Shown here in pieces: positions 23,001-35,000 of a stretch of 64,000 bases of DNA. The translations under genes were made by a program, and so were the position numbers. The stretch comes from Endomicrobiales bacterium (GTDB lineage Bacteria; Elusimicrobiota; Endomicrobiia; Endomicrobiales; CAWCFT01), in NCBI GenBank assembly GCA_963794945.1, contig CAWCFT010000018.1, forward strand, positions 17,704 to 81,703, in the 5' to 3' direction. Numbering within the stretch: position 1 is the stretch's first letter; each line of letters opens with the position of its first letter. The notes under the pieces were generated by a model. The model did no database searches. It worked only from the letters and a program-made list of their open reading frames with translations, and was not told the DNA's origin.

Positions 23001-26000
23001 TAGATGGTTCCATAATTGAAGTGCCGGGCAAAGCCCGCGCTAAGATAACAGTCACAACTACTATAACAATTTCCCAAGATATATCGTTCGTTCAGATGTT
23101 GAGTCTTGTAACCGCGCTTTATCAGGATATGCTCGACAACAGCCGGGAGAAGAGCGCACACTACAGAGAGCTGCTGCGCGGAAAGATCAAAGACGTTGAA
23201 AACATAGCGAAAAATATTATTTACGCTGCAAATTATCTTGAAACTTTGAAATCCGTATGGCCGGAAACACTCGGGCTTGATACCGGTAAGTCAGCTGAAT
23301 TCACAGGGTATCTAGACCAAATGATAAGTGGTTTCCGTAAGCTTACTAAAGGATACAAAATACGATCGGCAGATCCTTTGCAAGCGCAGAAGGAGATAGC
23401 CGAGAACTGGCTTGGCGTTGACCAGGCCTGGCTAGATTCCATTATAAAACGTTTCCCCAAAGAAAATCGGCTGGGAGCTGTTAAAACTCTGTTTGCCGCG
23501 AATCAGAGCCGATGGGAGCGCAGCATCGCTTACGAAATGGCCGCGCCAGCCCGTGAACTTGATGCCGCTGTATTGGAAAAAGGCGGCAGGCTGCTTGATA
23601 CGATAAAAAGCAAGCCGTCACTAACACGGAGCATAATAGCATTGATTTACGGTTTATTTAAGCCGGGATATAAAATGCCTGAAACCTTGCTCGAGGAGAT
23701 CGATGAAGCGGTTGCCGATAAAACCAGAGGTATGGATAAAACCAGCCCTGCGTTCGCAAAAACACTGATGTCTATTGTTGAGAACAGGGTGCACAAATAT
23801 TATGATATGTTGCTTTTTAGCGGCAGCGCATTCAATAGTTCTAGTTTGCGCCTGTTTGCGGCAGAGCTTGGCGTTAACCCGCAAGTCCTTGCAAAGGTGT
23901 ATGAAATATCCCCGTCACGCATTGTTGAAACGCGGCATATGGCATGTATTATGCAAAACTACCTGTGCGGCAGGATACTTCAGCAAAAAGGATTTCAGGT
24001 GTACTGGGCTAATGTACACGAAGACGCAAACAGTGAACAAATTGTTCATTCCGTTATACTTGCAAAGCTTCCAAGCGGTCTTTACAGGATCATCGACGCT
24101 ACCGCTATTAAAGGTTCGGGCGAAATTTCAGCGAATTATCTCGCACCCGGTGAAGTTGAGCAGAGGCTTAAAGAATCCCCGGTATTTTCTAAAACACTTA
24201 ACATCAACAGCCGGTCTCTGCATCACTTAATAAGTGTATTTGCTTTTGAGGAAGGCGCGCGTACAACTATTTATAATAACCTTGGGCTGGTAATCAAGGC
24301 TCAGAATAAATTCTCGGAAGCCGAAGCGATATTCAAAAATACCAGGATAAATAACGATAATTTCGAGGCTTCTTATAACCTCGGGAATTTATATTTCAAC
24401 CGGGCGCGCTTCGATGAGGCTGAAACTGCCTACAAAAATTCGTTAACAGTGTATCCCAAATTTGTTGGAACATGGAACAACCTGGCTGCTGCGCTGGACG
24501 AACAAGGCCAGCCCGATGCAGCTTATATTGCAAACAGTTACAAGTATCGCTGTATAAACGGAGAACTAATTGATATTAAGAAGGCCTTTGCCGAGATCGA
24601 TAATGCAAAGGAGAAAACTCTCCCCGAATTTTCTGCGCCGGATAGTGACGATAATTCACGGACTGGCAAGACCAGCTCATTTTTTGGCGTTGCCAAGAAG
24701 GCACTAATGTACATCTCATCCGTGTTCGCTATGCTGGCGTTTACGGTGCATATATCTAACAACCACATTTTCGAAACGACAGTGCCAAACAAAACAATGC
24801 CTGCGCTGATAAAAAACACTGCATCTAAACAAACTGCTGCCGTTTCCACAATTAACGAAAGAATTAATTCGATCAATGCCACTTCTTCAAGCGCAGGCCG
24901 GTCACATATAAATCAGCTGTTTTTACACCCAGCCCCGCCCCAATATTTCGCGGACACCTTACCTCGCCAAATGCTTGCATATTTTGCCGAGCTTATGGAC
25001 CATGTTCAGTTCATCTTCGCTGAAAACAATGAGCTTCCAGCCTGCGGTTTCATCATTGAAGAACACTCGCCGATCGAAATAGACGGAACTATAATCGATA
25101 TGCCTGGAAAAGCCCGCAGAAAGGTCACCGTTAACACCACGATCACAATATCTGATGATATATCATTTGTTCAGATGCTGGGCCTTATTACAACGCTTTA
25201 CCAGCAAATGCTTGACAATAGCCAGGGCAAGCCAGAACAATATAAACAGCTTCTGCATGACAAATTAAATAATATCGATAACATCGCAAAGAATTTTATC
25301 TATGCCGCTGAATATCTTGACACTGTTAAAAGTTCCTGGCCAGAAAAACTGGGCCTTAACACAACTGAAACCATCCGGTTTGATAATTACATTGAATATG
25401 TTATAAACGGCCTGCGCAAACTGGCTGGAGGTTACGAAATTGCACACCAGGATTCGCTTGCTGTTAAAAAGGCAGCCGCTGAGGCCTGGCTGAGCATTGA
25501 CCAGAACTGGCTTGACAGCATACAGAACCGTTTCCCCGAAGATCCGGCTAAACGCTTGGAATTTATTATGTCCCAGCTCAACGCAAAACAAGACGCCTGG
25601 GCCCGCGAAGCCGCGGACGGGCTGGCCTCCCCAGCCCGTGAGCTCAATGCCGCGGTTATGCAAAGAGGCGGGAACCTGCTGTTAGACAGCCTTAAGAGTA
25701 AAGCCGACCCGGCCAGAACGCTTATACAAGAGATCGATATTAAGATCAAAGAGTTCCAGCCAACGGATCCGGAATATACAAATAAGCTTATATCTATCGT
25801 TCAGGACAATGTCAAGCCTTACTTCGACAAGACTCTTTATGATAACAATCCCAAAGCATTCAGCGAAAGTTTACAAAAGTTATCAACGGATCTCGGTATT
25901 AGCCCTCAAACGCTCGCGCTTTTGGGTGAAATATCCCCCACGGAAATTACCGAAACAAACCACATGGTATGTGTGATGAAATCGTATTTATGTGGCCTTA

Positions 26001-29000
26001 TATTGGAGCAATATGGTGTGCCTGTTTACTGGCTGGATGTAGTGAAAACGGTAACAGATGCAGAGGAAGTTCATGTTAGTATACTCGCCAGGCTTCCAAA
26101 CGGCCTTTACCGCATAGTGGACGCCGCTTTCCCGAAAGGGTCGGGAGAAGTGCCTGAGCAGTATTTAACGGCAGGAGAAGTCGAAAAACTACTTACAAAA
26201 TCACCCACAGTAACTAAAACGCTCGATATTAACAGTAAATCGCTCCATCACGTAATAAAGATCTTTCGGTCTTTTGAAGCCGGCGCGCGCGGAAGCGTTT
26301 ATAAAAATCTCGGTATCATTTTTAATTCGCTTAACAGGTATGCCGAGGCAGAGAAAGCCTTCAGAAAAGCCTTGGATACCGATTCCCAGGATTTCTTGTC
26401 TTGGAGCAGGCTCGGTTCCTCGCTTTTACGGCAGAATAAATTTGCCCAAGCAGAGGACGCATTCAAAAATTCTCTGAAAAACAATCCTGGAAATATTAAT
26501 GCCTGGAACAGGGTTGCGATCGCTCTATTAAATCAAAATCAATCCGTTGCAGCGCAGATAGCGCGCGATTGTTGTGACCGTTTATTGAAAGGCGAACAAA
26601 TTGATATCAATAAGGCTTTTGCCGAGATCGACGCGGCAAAAAAGAAAGTATTTATTTCCGGACTTGGCTTTAACTTTGACCTTGAAGGTTATCAGGCCTT
26701 CCTAGGCGCCCTGGGCATCGGCCTTGACGTTACCGCGGCTGGCTTTGCGCAAGCCGTCATCAAACAATTCACAGGTGATAACGGCGCCGATATCGTTACT
26801 CCCGAAAATGCTTCGCCTGAAGGAAAGCAGGCTCTTGATAACGCTGGCAGGCTTTCTGTTGAACTATCCGGATACCTAAAGTCAAAGAATATCTCTTCCA
26901 CCGCGCGCGTCGTTGTTACAAAAGGCGATAATACCTTCGTTAAATTCGGTAACCGCGTCTGCGGTATGCCGACATTCCTTCGTAAAGCTGATGACGGCTC
27001 TTTAACGCTATATATACACCAGGAATTCCTTAATGCCCTGTACGCTGAGCAGGCGAGACACGCTAAAGAAAGGGCTGCCGCTTCTTCCAAGAGGCGATAT
27101 CATCGCCCAGTTCGTTGGCGAAGAAGTTGACGAGCTGTTTGACATCGAGAACCTCTTATCAAACCAACATCTTTCTTCTGTTCAGGCTTATTTCCAACAC
27201 CACAATCAGCGGGAAAACTTTCCTCAAGCCCATAACGGTATCATAACATCTATCGCGGAACAGACCGGCCTTACTGTCCTGGGTGTTGAAGATAACATCA
27301 ATAACCAGCCAGGTGGATTCATTAGCGCTGCCAAGAAGGCGCTAATGTACGTCGCCTGCTGCTTCGCAGCGCTGGTGTTCATGATCAGAATTTCAAACGC
27401 TCAAACAAATACAATAACCTTGCCTTATAACAATAATATTGCGCTAAGTAAAGACTCCTTGGTGAAACCGGGCCCTGCCAATCTTTTCAACTATGAAAAT
27501 CGGTTGTTCTTGCATCCTATCCCGCCTGGATATTTCGCGGATACAATACAACGCAAGATGCTCTCCTATTTTGCCGAACTTATGGACCATATCCAGTTTG
27601 TCTTCGCCGACAGTTCCGAGCTCCCGGCTTCGGGATTTACAATAAAAGACCATGCCCCTATTATAGTTGACGGTACTATTATAGATGTTCCGGGTAAAGC
27701 TCACAGGAAGGTCACTGTGACCACTACTATCACCTTATCAAAAGATATATCGTTCGTTCAGATGCTGAACCTCGTTAGAACGCTTTACCAGCAAATGCTT
27801 GACAACAACCAGGGCAAGACTGAACAGTACAAGCAATACATTCAGCAGAAATTAAATAATATCGATAATATCGCGAAGAAGTTTATATATTCTGCCGATT
27901 ATCTTGACACTGTTAAAAATTCCTGGCCGAAAGAACTGGGCCTTAATTCGAACGAAACGCTGCAGTTCATAAATTACATTGATTTTGTCATAAACGGCCT
28001 GCGCAATATGGCTGGAGATTACGAAATTGTTCACCAGGACCAACCGGAAACCAGAACAACAACCGCTGAAAATTGGCTTGGCGTAAACCAAGATTGGATC
28101 AATAGTATTGTGAACCAATTTCCAGGGGATTCTTCAAAGCGTATGCAATTCATTATTCAGCAATTCAATGCAAAACAAGATTTCTGGGCCCGCAATGCCG
28201 CAGACGGACTTGCCGCCCCCGCGCTGGAGCTTGACGCCGCGGTAATGGAAACTGGCGGGAGGCTGCTGGACGGCATTAAAATTTTTGGCGATACATCCGT
28301 GATGCTAAGCAATGTAGTAGCCAAAAAAATGAAAGGTATATCTCCATCGGACCCGAAATACACGGATAAAATTACGGAGCTGGTGCAGAAAAAAGTCGGG
28401 GAATACATAGATACAACCCTGATGAGCAGCCATCCTGAAAAATTCACTGAATTATATAAACAGGCCGCTGAAACTCTAGGAGTTAACCCGGCCGTAATGG
28501 CAATTCTGGGAGAGATATCTCCGGCCAATATAGTCGAAACACAGCATATGGTTTGTGTTATGCGAGCCTGCCTGTGCGGCAGGATACTGCAGCAGTATGG
28601 CATCAGGGTTTACTGGCTGGATGTTCAAGAAAGGGTAACCGGTGAAGAAGACGACCATGTCGCTTTACTTGCGCAGCTACCGAACGGGCTGTACCGGATA
28701 GTAGATGCCGCTGTCCCGCAAGGCGCCGGGAATGTGCCAAAGCAATATATCGCGGCAGGAGAAATAGAAAAACTGCTTGCAAACACGCCTGTCATTACAA
28801 AAACACTTGATACCACCAGCAGCCGGCTTCATCATATCATAAGGATAACCGATTTTGATGCCGGCTTACGGTCCAGCGTGTTTAACAATCTTGGCATTGC
28901 CCTTTCCAAAATGGGGCATCACAGTGAAGCCGAGCTGGCTTATAAAAAATCTTTGGAGATTAACTCCATTAACGCTTCCGCGTTGGCAAATTTGGGGCTA

Positions 29001-32000
29001 GCATATTTTCATATGGGGAGGCTCACAGATTGTGAAAATTGTGTTAAAAAAGCGGTTGAGATAAACCCGCGGTTTTATATGGCGTGGTATAAACTGGCTG
29101 TCGCGCTTTTCGGCCAGCAGCGATATGCCGAATCCGACCAGGCACTTAGAAAGTGCCTGGAAATAAACCCTCAATTTACCTCATCCTGGAGTAAAATGGT
29201 ATCGACTCTTAGCGCCCAGCAACAACCCGCCGCAGCAAAAATTGCGGGTAAATATTGCGTTCGATCCATGGCGGGTGATCATATTAACCCGAAATCAGCC
29301 TTTGAAGAGATAGATGGGGCAACAAGCCACACGACGCTGGCAAATATTAATAAACTTGGCATCAATCGGCAGGATATCGATGTTATCGCCATCGCGGCCA
29401 TGGAAATATTAAACCAGCTGCCGGCAACCGCAAAACTGCAGTTAACCGCTGGTCAATTGGCTCAGGAATTACTTGAACTGGGAGCTGACATAGCAACAGT
29501 AAAGGAGTTTAATTCACAAACCGTTTACAACCTTGAAGACCTTGACCAGGAGCTTGCACGGGATATCGATTATTATAACGCTTTTTGCCCGGTAGGCGGG
29601 ATAAAGCTGACAAAATTATCTGTCACTGAATCATCAGCCGGCTACATAACATTAAAGGACAGCTTTGGATTAGCGAGCATGGACAGCATTTCTTTCAATA
29701 ATGATACAGCGAACATAAAAACAGCCAACAACAAGAATAATCCTAAAATACTGACAAACCGCCTCAGGCACGAATTCAACGAGAATATGGCCGAGAATAT
29801 AATTGATTCTATTCAGTATAAGGCGCTTAACCATTTCCTCGGCAAAATACACGCGGCCCGTAACAATTTAAGTAATGCTGAACTGACAAATTACTGGCAT
29901 GAGTGTGAAGTCGACATCGCGCGGCATCAAGGTGAATATAGGGCGCTGGCCAAAACGGGCCAGGAACAGCCCGCGGCCGAACGGCTTATCGCTTTTGCTA
30001 AAATTGATTCAAGGCAGATAAAACTTGCTTACAGGTTTATCGCTAAGATCTTTGTTGATCTGCTCAAGACACTGCTGCAAAACAAACAGATAGAGCTTCC
30101 CGCCGAAACATCAGCGGGCATTGTCCTGATAATTCAAGGATTGTTTACGCAGCATTGGAATAGGTCAAAAACAGATCAGCCAACCGGCTCAACTGAGGCT
30201 GACTCCGGACTACCAGGCAGTGATGAAACGGTGCCGGAACAAAACACCGGCGATGGCCGTATCCCAGCGTCAAATGTTACGGAGTTCGCCGCTAATCGTC
30301 CTACCGCAGAAGAATACGCTAGAAAACTTGTCGCTGACAAACAACTAACGCTCACAGCGGACGATGGCAAGCAGTTCCGCTTTGTCTATGAAAACATGCC
30401 TTCCAATGAATTTAAGCTTATAACCTATGACAATATGACTAATGAACAAGTTGGATTTATAGATGTCCGCGGCAATCGCATAGATTCTGCTTTTAATGAA
30501 ATATTTATTGGTGAACCGGCCATAGTAGTGGACAATAGGTATAATGAGCGATACCGCGGTATCGGCTCAGCTCTTTTGCGGCTTTCAATGTCGGTGACAA
30601 AGAATAATGGGTATAAAGAGTTTGATGTCTTATACGGCAGTAAGGCGGCAAAGTTTTATAGAAGCGCTGGTTTTGAAGAGATAAATCATGAAACGGGCAA
30701 ATTTTCTTTCGATTTTACAAAGAAAAAAATAGGCGGAATTCTGCTCGAATACTTTCCTAAACCCGAATTTCTGGTAAATGAGATCGCTAAATTAAGGAAA
30801 ATAGACTCAGCGGCCGCGGACATCCTTCTGAAGCGTTTGGGGATGACTTCCAGGGCTGACAAAGATGGTTTGCGGTATTTAAACGAAGATATTCAGTGGT
30901 TCAGAACACATAGAAAAACTAAAGACGGTGTGTATTTTGACCCTATCGATAAAAACAACCCTAAAGTGTCCGTTATTTTACTTCATTATGGGAATTCAGT
31001 TAAAGATACATTACAGGCCCTCAACAACCTTTCACTGAATACCTATCCTGATCTTGATGTTATTCTCGTAGACAACAATTCTCCCGTTCCGATCGAACAG
31101 AAAGATATCTCCGCCAAAATAGCGGATAAGTTAAAGATAAAGCTTATTAAGAGCCCCGTGAATCTCGGTTACTGCGGGGGCAATAATATGGCCGCGCGCG
31201 CAGCTCTAAACAACGGCGCGGACTATGTTTTCCTGTTTAATAATGACGGCTTGATAGAAAAAGACGGGATACAGAAAATGATAGATAAGCTCAAGGGCCA
31301 TCCTGAAATCGGGGCCATACAGCCAAGCCTTTATACAACCAATGAGCTCAAAGAAATAAATGAAAAGGGTGTTCTGCCGGAAGAACAGGGCACGGATGCA
31401 TTAAACAGGACTCTTGAATTCACTTACGGCTTGGAAAAAACCAATACCGCTTCAAAATTATCCGACAACTTGTATCAAAAAGAAATATCCCTGCTGGGCA
31501 CCGCGCAAATGGTCCGGTCGGACATGATCCGTTTGAGCGGCATGTTCGATACAAGGTTGTTTATGTACGCGGATGAGGCTTACCTGGGTTATCGCTATAG
31601 CATGACCGGCCTGAAAATGGGAATGGTAACCGATGTGTTTTTTGCTCATCCGCCTTTTGCGGCCATTGAAACCCCGAAAGTATACAGTGAATACCTCATC
31701 TGGCGCAATTATATGTTTGATGCGGAATATCTTTACAATATTGACGATATGGGAAAAAGGGCGGTTAAAAACCTCTTTGGGCCGCGTAACTTGTTCATAT
31801 CAAATGATGATGCAGTTTGGAGAATGGTGGAAGAAAGCGCCAATGAAAACGACATATTGCTTATTGCGGTAGTAAAGGGCATGTTTGACGGAGTTATGGG
31901 ACAGTATTCGCCAACTGTAGAAGGGCAAAACATGGACGAGAAAAAGCAGATCGCGACGTATTCAAAAGAGTTCGAGAAAATGATCGATGTTAACGGGATT

Positions 32001-35000
32001 TTGCTTAGATTGATAAATGAAACCGATCCATATCAATCAAGGCTTATGATCTGGGGGCTGAATGCCGCCGACAGCAAGATACATAATATCGGCCAATTGG
32101 ACGGTATACAAAGGCAAAAACTAATCGACACACTGAAATATTATGTGTCAGAATGGAGAGATTGGGTAAAAACAAAACATAGAGACCAATCGGCAATAAC
32201 AAAAATAAGAAACGAATTTAAAAATGAACTTCTGGGTAAGATTAATGTATTCACACCGTCAGAAACCCTCGGGCATGAGCAATATTTAGACAGGTATTCC
32301 GATAAATCTAATATTAACGATGAAGCTTATATGCAGGTGGCCCTTAACGAGTCGCGCAAAGCCGGCATCGAACGCTGGTTGTTTACAGCTTGTGTCGGCG
32401 CGGTTGTGGTAAGCGGCAAAGGCATTATTGTGGGCAGAGGGTATAACCGCATGTTCTCGCAGTTCCATGCGGAACACTATGCCATACTTGACGCGCTGTT
32501 TGCGCGCGTGGAGTCGCTTGCCGAAGGAAAACAGAAAGGTATAATGCGTAGCCGCATTAATGAAATACTGCGCACTGCGAACATGCCCCGAGCGCCCGAT
32601 TATTATGATAATCTCGATGCGGCTATCACAGCGTTAAACAGGGATTTGGGCGGTGTTTTGCAAAATTCTCCAATTTATGTGACTATGCACCCCTGCGATA
32701 AGTGCACAAATCTCATAATGTCTTTGGGTATGAAGCGTTTGGTTTATGGCGCCGAAATGCCGGGAGGCTCATTAGATAACGGGAAAAAGTTACGAAACGC
32801 GGGGATGGAAACTACCGGCGGTGTTTTGGCGCGGGAGTCACGCACTGTAATGACCGGATACTTTCTGCTCAAAACCTATTTTTCATATATTCACGAGCTT
32901 ATCCAGCGCCTTGAGCGTCAGATTATATCGCGCCGGCACTCCGTTTTAACTGCCAATGAAATGGCCTCTCTCAATAAGCCTGTTGAGCTGTCAAAAACCA
33001 CCGGATTAAATGTAACAGATGAGAACGAAAAAAAACCATCCACCCCGATTATAACTACCGAACCTGAAGAAGTCCTTCCAATAGTGCGAGGCCGGTCATG
33101 GCAGGATAGAATTTCTTTTATCAGCAAAATTGAACAAGAGGGGTTAGTGAACAATAGTTTGCGTATGGAATACGCTTCCACTCCGCAAACAAAAGAAGCT
33201 TTTAAGGCCGTATACAACGACCTGAAGAACATCATTAATAACAGTTCAGTGCTGAGGCTGAATCCCGCAGATCACACTCATTTTACAATTGTTAATTTAC
33301 CGGCATTTATGTCGCAGGAACAGCTGCCAGAATCGTTATTTAGAAATAGTGTTGAATCTACGGTCATGCCTGCCTTGCGGCAGATACCGGTAACTGATTT
33401 TCAGCTTTCTGGTAATATTAAAATAACTGATAGCGGTGCTATAATCTACGAGATAACCGATCCGGAAACAATAGAAAAGATAACACTGATCAGGAATAAA
33501 TTTGATAATTCCTGGGATAAGCCTAACATAGTTCATATGACTATAGGCAATATACTTGACCCGGGGATATCACCGGAATTGCTGGCCAGGATCCGTGATG
33601 TTGTAGCTATTCACAATCAAAAGAGAACATTAGATCAGCGCATAACCGTGCGAAATATGAAATTTGAAAAATCCAACTATTTTGGCGATATTGTCTATTT
33701 GTCGCAGGATGTGCCGTTGGCAAAACCTGAACTCAAAACAAACAATCTGTCTGAAGGCCGGCAAGGGCTGGAACCTCAAGCAGGTCTGTCAAATGATATA
33801 GTCTTAGAGAAGGCCGACATCAGCTTATTAAACAGCCCCTCCCTTTTATCAAATTCTGGCTATGCTAAAGCTAATAAGCCTTCAACGGAAGATTATGCGA
33901 AACAGCTTGTTGGGAAAAAGGAATTAATATTAGCCGCGAACGAAGGCAAGGAGTTCCGATTTGTTTATGAAGACATGTTCTTTAATAAGTTTAAGCTTAC
34001 AGTTTACGAGAATGAAACTAGCAATAAAATTGGATTTATTGATGTCCGCGGCAACCTTATAGATTTTTCATTTGACAAACCCTATAATGGAGAGGCCGGC
34101 CCTGCCATTGTGGTAAACAACAACTACACTCAGCAATACAGAGGTATTGGTTCCGCTCTTATGCTTCTTTCAATGGCAGTGGCAAAGAACAATGGATATA
34201 AGGAATTTAACGTTCAATACGGTAGTAAGGCTGCCAGGTTTTACGAAAGCCTCGGTTTTGTCGCGAATAAACACATCGCCGGCAAGTTTACCTATAATTT
34301 CAGCGAGAAAAAAATAGGCGGGATTCTTATCGAAACCAAAACCGATATAGATAACTATAACCTTGGCCAGCTGGATAGTTCACAAAATACGCCAGAGCAA
34401 TACGCTGATAATACGGACCTGGCCTCAAGCTTGCTGCAGGGATTGGAACCTCAGTCAGGCTTGGACGACGAAATTCTTACAGCTTCATGGTCCGGAAATG
34501 AGAAATATATCACGTATTTTGCTCATTGGATAGAGTCTCCTGTTTTGATCTGCGCGCTGGCCCTGGCCGCGAGGCTATTCGTTCCAGTGGAGTACGATAC
34601 GCTTGTAGCGGCCCTAGGGCCGATCGCAGCATACTTCGCTTTCCGCCTGCCGCACCTGCTGCGTGGTGCGAAAATATTCAATAGCAAGCCGGTACATAAA
34701 ATGTCTTACTACAGCCTGGGTCTAAGTGTGCCAGTCTTTGCTTTGTTCATTCCTGGCGTTAGTGTGATCGGGTATTGCCTGCTGGGTTTCATGTCATTTT
34801 TATCACTGATTTATCTTGCCTCTGAGCATTTTATCACGAACCACAACATTGAGAATAGTGATGAGACGTTTAGCAGTTTATTTGAAGCCCTACGTTATTC
34901 TTACTATGAGCATAAGCTGGAGAAATATGAACGTCAGAAAATGATCTACAGGAGATATAATAATGAAGACAAATACATTGAAATTCCCATAACGAAATAT

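Noticed and set aside
11107..34335. CRISPR array or diversity-generating retroelement explaining the repeats
   Set aside because: The repeats are long in-frame coding modules without spacers; no cas or reverse transcriptase gene is present, and I noticed no adenine-restricted differences.
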